A stretch of 64,000 nucleotides of DNA from an uncultured Bacilli bacterium (GCA_947586205.1 CANPXO010000002.1:397-64396), one strand, 5' to 3'. Counted from the stretch's first letter, positions 1-9,200 are shown. Numbers and translations: made by a program. Notes: generated by a model not told the origin, from the sequence alone.

Positions 1-369
1 AATAATAATGAAATCATTTATGTTTCCAACAGCGATATAAAAGAAAGTATTGCTAAAACAATTAGAAACAATGAACAAAAGAAAATAATAGCAGAGCATA
101 TGGAAGTCTTTTCCCATTTAGATAAGATTATCGAACAAGGAATAAAAATTGCAACTGCGAATGAAAGAAAAGGAAGGTATCAAAACCTCAATTGGGATTA
201 TTATGCTACACCAATAAAAATAGATGGAAAAAAGTATATTGTGGAGTTTGATACAGTTATAAAAAGTGAAGATAGTCAAAAACATTTCAGATTGCAAAGA
301 ATATATAGCTTAGAAAATGCCATTAAAAAACAGGCTGCTCCGACCGGTATGGTTGAAAACAACTATTAG
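1..369 (+). CDS. 3' end of an ORF entering from beyond the left edge; function not recognised
   Basis: The frame of the listed 100..369 ORF stays open back to base 1 (NNNEIIYVSNSDIKESIAKTIRNNEQKKIIAEH-MEVF...), so the ATG at 100 is probably internal. No catalytic motif recognised. Confidence 0.4.
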   Translation, partial: NNNEIIYVSNSDIKESIAKTIRNNEQKKIIAEHMEVFSHLDKIIEQGIKIATANERKGRYQNLNWDYYATPIKIDGKKYIVEFDTVIKSEDSQKHFRLQRIYSLENAIKKQAAPTGMVENNY

Positions 370-498
370 ACCGGTTTGTAGAACAACCTGTTTCTGATAA
401 TGATAATAGTACACTGTGAGCTTGTTGTCAAGAAAAACTTGCATTTTTAAAGCAAATGGTATAAGATATTGACTTGGAGAAAAGAGGTTTTTTTCATT

Positions 499-948
499 AT
501 GGAAAGAAAAGTTGGTTTTGAACATACATTGACTAAACAAATGAGTCTAGTACAGTATTTATTAGAAGAAAGTCCTAAAGAGTATACGATTGTCGGTAGT
601 AAATACATTCCGCCAAATAAAGTTGAAATTACTTATTCCAATATAAAGCCAGTTATAGTAGGAATAAATCCTAATCATTTTGGATTACCCGAGATCAGAA
701 AGACAATGAAGAAAACGGGAACATATTATGAAATGATTTATGTAGCCAAAGATTCTAAAAATAAGCCTACCATTCCTTCATGGGCTGAGTTTACAGGTAA
801 TGTGACTCCACTGAACGAATGGAGTGATGGTTATGAATATATGAATAAAGAAGATATTATTGTTACTGAAAAATTTTCTTTAGAAAAAGAAGAATATGAA
901 GTTCAAAAAATTGAACCAATGCCATTACAACGAAAAAGACTTAAGTAG
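499..948 (+). CDS. hypothetical protein (149 aa)
   Basis: ORF 469..948. The ATG at 499 follows AAGAGG. Candidate promoter TTGCAT-16-TGgTATAAG lies upstream. Hairpin AAGTAG..CTACTT plus a T-run follows the stop. No family recognised. Confidence 0.5.
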   Translation: MERKVGFEHTLTKQMSLVQYLLEESPKEYTIVGSKYIPPNKVEITYSNIKPVIVGINPNHFGLPEIRKTMKKTGTYYEMIYVAKDSKNKPTIPSWAEFTGNVTPLNEWSDGYEYMNKEDIIVTEKFSLEKEEYEVQKIEPMPLQRKRLK

Positions 949-1038
949 TAAATGAAAAGCTACTTATTTTTTTTGAGACATTAGAAAAAGCAGAAAAAAA
1001 TGTAAACCTGTGATAAAATAGAGTAGAAAGGTGATACT

Positions 1039-2113
1039 ATGAATAATGAATTAAAAACTTCTTTAAAAGAAATGGACCAAAAAATAAAAGATATAAGGAG
1101 GTCACTTTGACTTAGACAAGAAAAAAGAAAGAATAAGTGAACTTGAGTTATTAACAAACGATTCTAATTTTTGGAATGATATCGACCATGCAAATGAAGT
1201 AAACAAAGAATTAACATCTTTAAAAAAGATAGTGGATAAAGTAGAAAGTCTTGAAACAGAGATTAAAGATAACTTAGAACTTTGTGATATGTTAGAAGAA
1301 AGCGAGTTATCCACATTATCATTAACTGAAATTCAAAGCAAATTAGAAGAACTTGAAATATCTACATTATTAAATGGACCACATGACTCTTTAAATTGTT
1401 ATTTAGAAATTCATCCAGGAGCAGGAGGAACGGAATCGTGTGATTGGGCAAGCATGCTTCTTCGGATGTACAAAATGTTTTGTGATAAATATGATTACAC
1501 TTATGAAGTGATTGAAGAACAAAAAGGAGAGGAAGCTGGCATTAAAAGCGCGACTATCCTCATTAAAGGAAATTACCCATATGGTTATTTAAAAAATGAA
1601 AGAGGAGTCCATAGACTTGTGAGAATTTCTCCGTTTGATGCTGGTGCAAGACGTCATACTTCATTCGCATCTGTTTCCGTAATTCCTGAATACAATCAAA
1701 ATATTGAAATTGATATCAAAGAAAGTGATTTAAAAATTGATGTTTATCATTCTAGTGGAGCAGGAGGACAATCTGTAAACACAGCAAACTCGGCTGTTCG
1801 AATTACTCATATTCCATCTAAAATAGTGGTTACTTGTCAAACCGAAAGAAGTCAATTAAAAAATAAAGAACAAGCTATGAAACTTTTAAAAAGTAAACTA
1901 TATCAATTAGAAGAAGAAAAAAAATTACAAGAACAAAATAAACTTAAAGGAACTCTTTCTGATATTAACTTTGGAAGCCAAATCAGAAACTATGTTTTGG
2001 AGCCATATAAACTCATTAAAGATTTAAGAAGTGGTTATGAAACAAGAAATACCGATAAAGTATTAAATGGCGAAATACTACCATTGTTAGAATCTCTATT
2101 AAAAGGGGAATAA
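1039..2113 (+). CDS. prfB: peptide chain release factor 2, made by programmed +1 frameshift
   Basis: ATG at 1039 gives MNNELKTSLKEMDQKIKDIRRSL, then in-frame TGA at 1108. Shifting +1 (CTT TGA C read as CTT GAC) joins DLDKKKERISELELL... to the listed ORF 1232..2113. That ORF carries the SPF motif (RISPFD) and GGQ motif (HSSGAGGQSVN). Confidence 0.93.
1096..1111 (+). promoter_or_regulatory. RF2 autoregulatory +1 frameshift site (internal SD-like AGGAGG + CTT TGA C)
   Basis: Sequence AGGAGGtcaCTTTGAC matches the classical prfB recoding site: a Shine-Dalgarno-like element 3 nt before slippery CUU-UGA-C. Confidence 0.9.
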
Positions 2114-2115
2114 GT

Positions 2116-2979
2116 ATGAAAAAAAGAATAAAAAATTATGTAATCGTGTTACTAGGTGTATTAATCGTGGCAATCACTTATGATTTATTTCTTTCTCCAT
2201 ATCAAATTGTAGCAGGAGGAGTAGGTGGACTTGCCATCATTGTAAGAAAATTAATAGGTATGGAAGAAAGTACATTTATTTTTCTTGCCAATATTGTTTT
2301 GGTGGTGATTAGCTACATTTTCTTAGGAAAAGAAAAAACAAAAAATACAGTCATGGGTGCTCTGTTATTACCTATATTTATTAAATTGTTTTCGAATATC
2401 TCAAGTTTCCTTACATTTGAAATTGACCCGATGGTCGTTGCAATTTTAGGTGGGGCATTAAGTGGTTTTGGATATGGACTTGTCTTTGGTCAAAACTTTA
2501 CAACAGGTGGAACGGATATACTAAATCAGTTAGCCGAGAAATATTTTAAAATTCCAATGGCAAAATCTATTTTATATATTGATGGCTTTATTGTCCTTTG
2601 TAGTTTTGTAGTCTTTGGATTCACGAGCATGATGTATGCTTTAATTGCTTTATTTTTAATTAGTACAATTTCCAACCAAACTCAACTTGGAATAAATAAA
2701 AATAGAGTTTTTTATATCACATCAAAAAAATTAAAAGATATAAAAGAATTTTTAACGGAAAATGGATATGATGTTACCATTGTCGATTCTGTGGGAGGTT
2801 ACTCAAAAAAGAAAGCCAAACTTATAATATGTGGAGTCCATTCGAAAGACTATTATCGAATGAAAGAAGGAATAGAAATTATTGACCCGAATGCTTTTAT
2901 CGTAGTCGCGAATGCTTATGAAGAATTAAATGCCAATGTGAAAATAAGAGAAGGTGCTTTACATAAAAAAACATCTTAA
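2116..2979 (+). CDS. YitT-family membrane protein with C-terminal DUF2179-like domain
   Basis: Multi-TM N-terminus with QIVAGGVGGLAIIV. C-terminus VFYITSKK..VDSVGGYS..IICGV..IIDPNAFIVV is typical of the YitT/DUF2179 architecture. Confidence 0.8.
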   Translation: MKKRIKNYVIVLLGVLIVAITYDLFLSPYQIVAGGVGGLAIIVRKLIGMEESTFIFLANIVLVVISYIFLGKEKTKNTVMGALLLPIFIKLFSNISSFLTFEIDPMVVAILGGALSGFGYGLVFGQNFTTGGTDILNQLAEKYFKIPMAKSILYIDGFIVLCSFVVFGFTSMMYALIALFLISTISNQTQLGINKNRVFYITSKKLKDIKEFLTENGYDVTIVDSVGGYSKKKAKLIICGVHSKDYYRMKEGIEIIDPNAFIVVANAYEELNANVKIREGALHKKTS

Positions 2980-2982
2980 AGT

Positions 2983-3076
2983 TGCAAAAATCTCGATTTC
3001 GTGTATAATATGCAAAAAATAAATCTTGATTTCGTGTAAAATTGACCAAACAAAAACTTTGATTTTGTGAAAACTA
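2983..3076 (+). repeat. three tandem 28-33 bp direct repeats between yitT-like and tilS
   Basis: Units are tgcaaaaATCTCGATTTCGTGTATAATa, tgcaaaaaataaATCTTGATTTCGTGTAAAATt and gaccaaacaaaaACTTTGATTTTGTGAAAACta. Two units end in extended -10-like TGTATAAT / TGTAAAAT. Confidence 0.7.
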
Positions 3077-3238
3077 CATACTGAGTATCCTTTAATATAA
3101 AGCATTTCCAACGTATTAAATGGATTAAGATGCAATAAAAAAGTATTAAAATTATCACTCTAAACTTTAAAGTGCTAAAAAACTCTTGCAAAACGATATA
3201 GAATGATATACAATAGACTTGTTTTTAAAAGGTGATGT

Positions 3239-4567
3239 ATGAAAGAAGCAAGCGTTTTTTTAAAAAGTGTGTTAAAAGAAAATAGTTTATGTGTGGTAGC
3301 CTTTTCAGGTGGTCCTGATTCCATGTATCTTCTTCACTTATTACAAGAAGTGCAAAAAGAAAAAAAGATTCGTATTTTATGCGCTCATGTAAATCATAAT
3401 ACAAGAGCTGGAAATGAGAAAGAAGAAAAGTTTGTAAGAGACTACTTATTCACTCTTGAAATCCCATGTGAATTTTATAAAATTGAAAGCTATAAAAATA
3501 ATAAGTTTTCAGAAGAAGAAGGACGTGAAAAAAGGTATGCGTTTTTAAAAAAAGTCATGAAAGAACATCATGGAGACTACTTATTCACAGCCCATCATGG
3601 CGATGATTTAATTGAAACAATACTGATGCGTATTCTAAGAGGAAGCACTTTAAAAGGATATGCTGGTATTGAAAGAGTAAGTACTTGGGATGGTGTCACA
3701 TTAGTAAGACCATTATTATCTTTAAGCAAGAAAGAAATCAAAGAATATTTAGACAAAAATAATATTCCTTATGTTACGGATGAAACGAACGAAAGCAATC
3801 ATTACTTAAGAAATCGAATTCGCCATACCATCATTCCTTTTTTAGAAGAAGAGGAACCAAAGTACATTTCTAAATTTTTGAAATTTTCTAATACGTTATT
3901 AGAAAGTGAAAAATTACTTGAAGAAAAAACAGAAAACATCATAGAAGATAACAAAATCAATAAAGAACTATTTTTAAAAAAATCAGAACAAGAACAAAAA
4001 AGAATTCTAAAACATTATTTTAAGAAAGTTTATAAAGAAGAATTAAAAAGTATCACAGATAAACATACATCCTTAGCATTAGACATGATACGAAATGAAA
4101 AAGAAAGAGATACTCTTACATTTCCAAAAAAGAAAGAATTAAAAAAGAATAAAAATAGCATTTGGTTACAAGATAAGAAAGAAAGTGAACCATTTTTCAT
4201 AGAATTAAAAGATACTGTAACATTACCAGATGGAAGTGTGATTCAAAAAGAAAAAGAATATACCATGAAAAGTAACTACGAGATCCATTTAAACTCCAAA
4301 GATATCAAATTCCCATTATATATAACCACACGAAAACCCGGAATGAAAATGGAAGTGAAAAACTTAAATGGAAGTCGAAAACTCAAAGATATATTCATAG
4401 ATGCTCACTTAGAAAAGGAAGAAAAAGATGAAATTCCGATTCTAATAGACTCCAACAATACAGTACTGTGGGTGTTAGGTATGAAAAAATCGAAATACGA
4501 TTTAGAAAAATCAGAAAACTATGATATAATATACAAGTATATAAAAAAGGAAGGAAAGAAAAAATGA
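3239..4567 (+). CDS. tilS: tRNA(Ile)-lysidine synthase
   Basis: N-terminal PP-loop VAFSGGPDSMYL, HVNHNTR and AHHGDDLIETILMR motifs. Conserved position immediately upstream of ftsH. Confidence 0.9.
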   Translation: MKEASVFLKSVLKENSLCVVAFSGGPDSMYLLHLLQEVQKEKKIRILCAHVNHNTRAGNEKEEKFVRDYLFTLEIPCEFYKIESYKNNKFSEEEGREKRYAFLKKVMKEHHGDYLFTAHHGDDLIETILMRILRGSTLKGYAGIERVSTWDGVTLVRPLLSLSKKEIKEYLDKNNIPYVTDETNESNHYLRNRIRHTIIPFLEEEEPKYISKFLKFSNTLLESEKLLEEKTENIIEDNKINKELFLKKSEQEQKRILKHYFKKVYKEELKSITDKHTSLALDMIRNEKERDTLTFPKKKELKKNKNSIWLQDKKESEPFFIELKDTVTLPDGSVIQKEKEYTMKSNYEIHLNSKDIKFPLYITTRKPGMKMEVKNLNGSRKLKDIFIDAHLEKEEKDEIPILIDSNNTVLWVLGMKKSKYDLEKSENYDIIYKYIKKEGKKK

Positions 4568-6552
4568 AAAAAAACAAACAAAATACAATGAAAAATATAT
4601 TTCCGTATTTAATTTTAGTCTTAGTCATTTTTGGGGTATTATCTGTTTTAAATTTAAGTAGAACAGTAACCAATAAAATCACTACGGGCGAACTTATGAC
4701 GGAGATAGCAAATAAGAATGTGACGGAAATCACAATTACTCCAAGTGGAGAAGAAAGTGTTTTCTATATTGAAGGTAAATTAAATTCATATAAAGAAAAC
4801 GAACAATTTAAAGCTACGGTTGTCGAAGCTGAGATGGATAGTATCGTTAAATATGCCGAATCGAATAATTTAAAAGTATATGAAACCAATCCGGATCCAG
4901 GAAGTGTATCATGGCTTTATATCATTATTAATATTTTACCTTTAGTCATTTTAGTCGGGGCAACATACTTTATCTTTATGAAGATGGCGAATTCTAATAA
5001 AGGAAGTATGGACTTTGGAAAGAGTCGTGCTAAATTATCTAGTGATGGTGGAAAAGTCAAATTCAAAGACGTTGCCGGATTAAAAGAAGAAAAAGAAGAA
5101 GTTGCCGAGCTTATTGATTTCTTAAAGAATCCTAAAAAATTCCAAAAACTTGGAGCAAGAATTCCAAAAGGTGTCTTATTAGTAGGTCCTCCAGGAACAG
5201 GTAAAACTTTACTTGCAAAAGCAGTAGCAGGCGAAGCAAACGTTCCATTCTATTATATCAGTGGTTCAGACTTCGTGGAGTTATTCGTGGGTGTTGGAGC
5301 AAGTCGTGTTCGTGATATGTTTAAAGAAGCCAAAAGAAATGCTCCATGCTTAATATTCATTGATGAAATTGATGCCGTTGGTCGACAAAGAGGTTCAGGA
5401 ATTGGTGGAGGACATGATGAAAGAGAGCAAACACTAAACCAATTACTTACAGAAATGGATGGTTTTGGAGCGAATGAAGGAATTATTATCATCGCAGCTA
5501 CAAACAGACCAGATGTCTTAGACCCAGCCCTTCTTCGTCCAGGACGTTTCGATAGACAAGTTACCGTAAATTTACCAGATACCGAAGAAAGAGAAGCTAT
5601 TTTAAATGTTCATGCCAAAAATAAAATCTTAGCACCTTCTGTTAATTTAAAAAGTATATCTCAAAGAACTTCAGGTTTTTCAGGAGCAGACCTTGAAAAC
5701 TTAATGAATGAAGCTGCTTTACTTGCCGTTCGAAAAAATCAAGAGGAAATTACATTACAAGATATTGATGAAGCAACGGACCGTGTATTAATGGGACCTG
5801 CAAAAACATCTCGAAAAGTAAGTGATGAAATCAAATGGTTAACCGCAGTTCATGAATCAGGACATGCTGTCTTAGGATTAAAATTAAAAGATGCGATGGA
5901 AGTTCAAAAAATTACCATTGTTCCTCGTGGAATGGCTGGTGGTTATACAGCGTATACTCCAAAAGAAGATAACATTACAAGATATACAAGAAATGAAATG
6001 CTTGCCATGATTACTAGCGGTTTAGGAGGACGTGCTGCTGAAGAGTTATTCCTAGATGATATTACAACAGGTGCTAGTGACGACTTCAAGCATGCGACAA
6101 GTTTAGCAAGAAGTATGGTTACTGAATATGGTATGAGTGACTTAGGACCAATTCGTTATGAATCAAATTCTAGTGAAAATGTTTTCTTAGGAAGAGATTA
6201 CAACAAAACAAAAAATTATTCAGACCAAGTTGCTTTAGAAATTGACCAAGAAGCTCGTAAAATTATAATGGAATGTTATGAAAAAGCTAAGAAAATCTTA
6301 AAAGAAAATGAAGATTTAGTAATGCTTTTAAGTAATACCTTAATTGAAAGAGAAACAATTACCAAAGAACAAATTGATGAACTTGTTCGTACAGGAAAAA
6401 TCGAAAATGAAAATGATTTCAATATCGGAGATGCACCAACTCTTTCCAAGTTAAGAGAAGAAGCAAAAGATTTAAAAATTAAAGGCTATTCCAAAATGAC
6501 AAAAGAAGAGTTAGAAGCAGCGATTGAAGAAAAAGAAAATAATCATGAATAA
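4564..6552 (+). CDS. ftsH: ATP-dependent zinc metalloprotease FtsH
   Basis: Two N-terminal TM segments, Walker [19 protein letters not shown], Walker [33 protein letters not shown], and zinc site HESGHA. Confidence 0.97.
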   Translation: MKKNKQNTMKNIFPYLILVLVIFGVLSVLNLSRTVTNKITTGELMTEIANKNVTEITITPSGEESVFYIEGKLNSYKENEQFKATVVEAEMDSIVKYAESNNLKVYETNPDPGSVSWLYIIINILPLVILVGATYFIFMKMANSNKGSMDFGKSRAKLSSDGGKVKFKDVAGLKEEKEEVAELIDFLKNPKKFQKLGARIPKGVLLVGPPGTGKTLLAKAVAGEANVPFYYISGSDFVELFVGVGASRVRDMFKEAKRNAPCLIFIDEIDAVGRQRGSGIGGGHDEREQTLNQLLTEMDGFGANEGIIIIAATNRPDVLDPALLRPGRFDRQVTVNLPDTEEREAILNVHAKNKILAPSVNLKSISQRTSGFSGADLENLMNEAALLAVRKNQEEITLQDIDEATDRVLMGPAKTSRKVSDEIKWLTAVHESGHAVLGLKLKDAMEVQKITIVPRGMAGGYTAYTPKEDNITRYTRNEMLAMITSGLGGRAAEELFLDDITTGASDDFKHATSLARSMVTEYGMSDLGPIRYESNSSENVFLGRDYNKTKNYSDQVALEIDQEARKIIMECYEKAKKILKENEDLVMLLSNTLIERETITKEQIDELVRTGKIENENDFNIGDAPTLSKLREEAKDLKIKGYSKMTKEELEAAIEEKENNHE

Positions 6553-6559
6553 CATAAAA

Positions 6560-6588
6560 CATCAGATTCAAAGTCTGGTGTTTTCTTT
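6560..6588 (+). terminator. probable intrinsic terminator of ftsH
   Basis: CATCAGA-ttcaaag-TCTGGTG hairpin (one G-U pair) followed by TTTTCTTT. Confidence 0.6.
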
Positions 6589-6701
6589 ATAAAAAATAGG
6601 AAAAATATAGGACTTTCGACACCCATAGACTCAAACTGACATGATTCGACAAAATAAATGGGCAAAAGTGCTAAATTTTGCATTTTTAGGCCAAAAACCC
6701 T

Positions 6702-6742
6702 GCAAATTTTCAAAATTTGCTAAGCAGATTTTCAAAATCTGC
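6702..6742. promoter_or_regulatory. two adjacent perfect 19-bp palindromes (candidate operator pair or hairpins)
   Basis: GCAAATTTTCAAAATTTGC (6702-6720) and GCAGATTTTCAAAATCTGC (6724-6742). Centres are 22 bp apart. The single difference is mirrored on both arms. Confidence 0.5.
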
Positions 6743-6830
6743 AAGAAAATGACCCAAAATAGAGCTTTTTTCGATTTGCATTTCTCTTGTCTTTTGTGAT
6801 TTAATGTCATGCAGAAAGGAGAGATTTGGA

Positions 6831-7214
6831 ATGAAAAATGAAAATGTTTTATGTTGCATCAATGATTGTCCATTATTTTCTTACAATCCTATTTCTCAAA
6901 AAGAAAACGTGATTAGAAGTCAAATCATTATAAACTTTGTAACAGAAAAATCTGCTTATAAAAAATGGATTTCAAAAGAAACAACATTCGAAAGCAACGT
7001 AGAATTTTATTATTATGAAATCAATGTCGAAGAAGCATTTCGATATCTAAAAGAAAATCATAAAATTTCTGGTAATTCTATCGAAAGATTTTGTCTTACT
7101 TTTCTAAACTATTTTTTACAAGATAGTCCAAAACCTTTGATAAACTTTCTTAGAAAAACTGGAAATTATTCTGACAAAGAACTAAAATCATTTGAAACAC
7201 TGTTTGCTTCATGA
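6831..7214 (+). CDS. hypothetical protein (127 aa)
   Basis: ORF 6804..7214. The ATG at 6831 sits 7 nt after AAAGGAGAG. No family recognised. Confidence 0.5.
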   Translation: MKNENVLCCINDCPLFSYNPISQKENVIRSQIIINFVTEKSAYKKWISKETTFESNVEFYYYEINVEEAFRYLKENHKISGNSIERFCLTFLNYFLQDSPKPLINFLRKTGNYSDKELKSFETLFAS

Positions 7215-7273
7215 TTGAAAAATGATAAGAACAAGAGTAAAATATTCTTAACGATTAGAGGAGTAGTTGTAGT

Positions 7274-7870
7274 ATGAAGTGTGAGTCCTGTAAAAAGAAA
7301 AATATGCGAAAAGCAAATTATTGCAAGAAATGTGGAAGAAAGTTTACTGAGGAAGAAAAAGCAAATGCCAAAAAATCTGGTATTGATGTAATTCTAGAAG
7401 CTTATACCACAGTCAAAGATTTTATAACGCTTGATATATTTTTCGACAGTAAACTTGTGAAAGCTTTCTTTGTTCTTCTTGTTTTAGGAATAGGAATTTA
7501 TATGGTTTGCACTATGGGTTGGAATTTAAGAGTGTTACAAGGAGAAGACTACATTGTCAAATACAACCAAGAAATAGACACTTATTATGTTCTCATTGAT
7601 AATGAGCTTCAAGAAAAACCTCCCAAAGAAGAAGTAGATGTTTCAGTCTATGTTCCAAATCGAGTAGAAACATTAGATTTAGAATATTATGATGAATCAA
7701 ATAATCTATTAGAAACAGAAGAGCATGCTAAAGAAGACCGTTATACATTAACAGTAAACCTTAAAGAAAATAATTATTATATTCTTTCGAATCATGACAA
7801 GAAAGAAGAAAAAGTAAAAATATATGTGTATTATGTTGATTATGGTGAGGAAAATGAAAAAGAAGAATGA
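7274..7870 (+). CDS. zinc-ribbon membrane protein
   Basis: N-terminal CESC-x11-CKKC zinc-ribbon pattern, one TM segment (AFFVLLVLGIGIYMVC), then an acidic ectodomain. Confidence 0.6.
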   Translation: MKCESCKKKNMRKANYCKKCGRKFTEEEKANAKKSGIDVILEAYTTVKDFITLDIFFDSKLVKAFFVLLVLGIGIYMVCTMGWNLRVLQGEDYIVKYNQEIDTYYVLIDNELQEKPPKEEVDVSVYVPNRVETLDLEYYDESNNLLETEEHAKEDRYTLTVNLKENNYYILSNHDKKEEKVKIYVYYVDYGEENEKEE

Positions 7871-8864
7871 GAAATATATTTATTGTTGGAAATGCGGAGT
7901 AAAAAATGATAAGAAAAACAAAAAATGTGTTGCCTGTGATGCCAAATTAAACGAAGAAGAACATCCGTTGTTCACATGGCTATTCGGGGAAATCAAAGAG
8001 GAAGCAGAAGATGGAATTTTTGATTATTTTTGTGAATTATTAAAATCCTTTTTTAGAAAACATTTATATGGAGTAATTGTAGGCCTTGCCGTTACTTTTG
8101 CCGCGGTTTCCTCTGTAGTGAATATCATGGAACCAGAAAATGCTGAGATTACTACTGAAGAATATTCAATTCCAAAAGTTGTCGAAACTGTTCCAAAAGA
8201 GGAACCTAAGCAAGAAGAGGAAGTATCAAAAGAAGAAACACCAGTAGAACCACAGCCTGAAACTCCAAAACCTGCAGCAACTCCAAAGCCTACTACTCCA
8301 CAACCAACACCAACACCTGAACCTCAACCAAGTACTCCGGAACCTGAAGAAAAACCAAAAGAACTTTATTGCCCAACAGGGTTCACATTAACAAATGAAA
8401 ACAAATGTGTAATTACGGAATATTTAGATGCTTGGATAAAGTATACATGTCCAGAAGGGTATGAATATACTTCTAACGGCGATGATAAATATTGCCTTAG
8501 TACAACAAGAGAACCTATGGAAACTGAGTACTTCTGTGCAGCAAATATGGAAGAGTACAAAAAATATTATGGCGATAGTCTTTGTGCATCAATGTCTGAT
8601 GTTGTAACAAGCACTTTAGATAGTGTAAATCATAAATGTTCCTATTCATTCTTTTATGCAGATGGAAGTTCAGCATCATGTATACTCGGTACACCACCAG
8701 ATGCTTTAACAAGAAGAAGTTGCCCAGCAGGAACAATGAACAATGGTGATTATTGCTATAAAAAGACAGATTATGCCATTAAATATTATTGCTTAAATGA
8801 ACAAGAAGAATTAGTGGGAAATAAGTGCAAAACAACTACAATACTAGAGCCATTGGAAAGATAA
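7854..8864 (+). CDS. zinc-ribbon membrane protein with Pro/Thr-rich linker and Cys-rich ectodomain
   Basis: ATG at 7854 follows GGTGAGG and overlaps the previous stop. It has a CWKC-x11-CVAC ribbon, a TM segment, the linker PQPETPKPAATPKPTTPQPTPTPEPQPSTPEPEE, and repeated C-P-x-G-x(6-9)-C modules. Confidence 0.6.
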   Translation: MKKKNEKYIYCWKCGVKNDKKNKKCVACDAKLNEEEHPLFTWLFGEIKEEAEDGIFDYFCELLKSFFRKHLYGVIVGLAVTFAAVSSVVNIMEPENAEITTEEYSIPKVVETVPKEEPKQEEEVSKEETPVEPQPETPKPAATPKPTTPQPTPTPEPQPSTPEPEEKPKELYCPTGFTLTNENKCVITEYLDAWIKYTCPEGYEYTSNGDDKYCLSTTREPMETEYFCAANMEEYKKYYGDSLCASMSDVVTSTLDSVNHKCSYSFFYADGSSASCILGTPPDALTRRSCPAGTMNNGDYCYKKTDYAIKYYCLNEQEELVGNKCKTTTILEPLER

Positions 8865-8867
8865 CAA

Positions 8868-8985
8868 TTATTCTTCAAACAACTTATCAATATTAACATC
8901 TAATGCTTTAACATTTATCAACAGAGTATAGAGAATATGCTCTTTTTCCTTTTGTAGACTCTACACGTCTTACAAATTTTTTGCA
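8868..8985 (-). pseudogene. decayed 3' fragment of an XRE-family regulator gene (paralog of 9345..9623)
   Basis: About 115 nt aligns base-for-base with the 3' end of the 9345..9623 gene (ttcttcaaa[c/t]aacttatcaat...gagtatag[a/g]gaatatgctctttttcc...ctacacgtcttacaaatt). The reading frame is broken (FVRRVESTKGKRAYSLYSVDKC*) and the 5' half is missing. Confidence 0.7.
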
Positions 8986-9014
8986 ATATTTTTATAAACA
9001 AAAAGAGCTAGTTA

Positions 9015-9200
9015 TCAACTACCTTTGTAGAATGCCAAGTAAAAACTAGCCCTTTTATCTTTACTACTTGATAATTTTTTTTTAGTATTTGTTTCCCATT
9101 TAAAAGGAATTACATCTTTTAAAGCCTCACTAGTAGTTATTGTTGGTCTTTTCAATTGAAAAAAACCTTTTGGAAATTTAGTAATCTCTTTTTTCTCCAT
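9015..9200 (-). CDS. small hypothetical protein (61 aa)
   Basis: ORF 9015..9287. ATG at 9200 preceded by GAGGAGG. Product MEKKEITKFPKGFFQLKRPTITTSEALKDVIPFKWE... has no recognised family. Confidence 0.4.
   Translation of the reverse strand: MEKKEITKFPKGFFQLKRPTITTSEALKDVIPFKWETNTKKKLSSSKDKRASFYLAFYKGS

Noticed and set aside
1300-1312. TTATCCACA DnaA-box match, raising the idea of oriC in this origin-proximal region
   Set aside because: It is a single box inside the prfB coding sequence. No cluster of boxes, AT-rich unwinding element or dnaA gene is present in the window.
2976-3191. Minus-strand ORF (71 aa) with an internal YTKSRF repeat
   Set aside because: It lies entirely in the yitT-tilS spacer. 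Its repeat is simply the translation of the three tandem DNA repeats. It has no ribosome-binding site and a low-complexity product, so it is treated as an artefact of the repeat array.
5253-5492. Antisense or overlapping ORFs nested in well-supported genes. Examples: 310-540, 1102-1314, 4395-4733, 5253-5492, 14420-14923, 32217-33214, 44335-44901, 46473-47244, 60101-60442, 61545-62912, 63235-63866, plus same-strand overlaps 9927-10124, 11136-11342, 17977-18327, 39494-39718, 54470-54664, 60392-60589 and 62387-62605.
   Set aside because: All lie within or opposite genes with clear family motifs. They have low-complexity or hydrophobic mirror-image compositions typical of AT-rich antisense frames, and they lack ribosome-binding sites.
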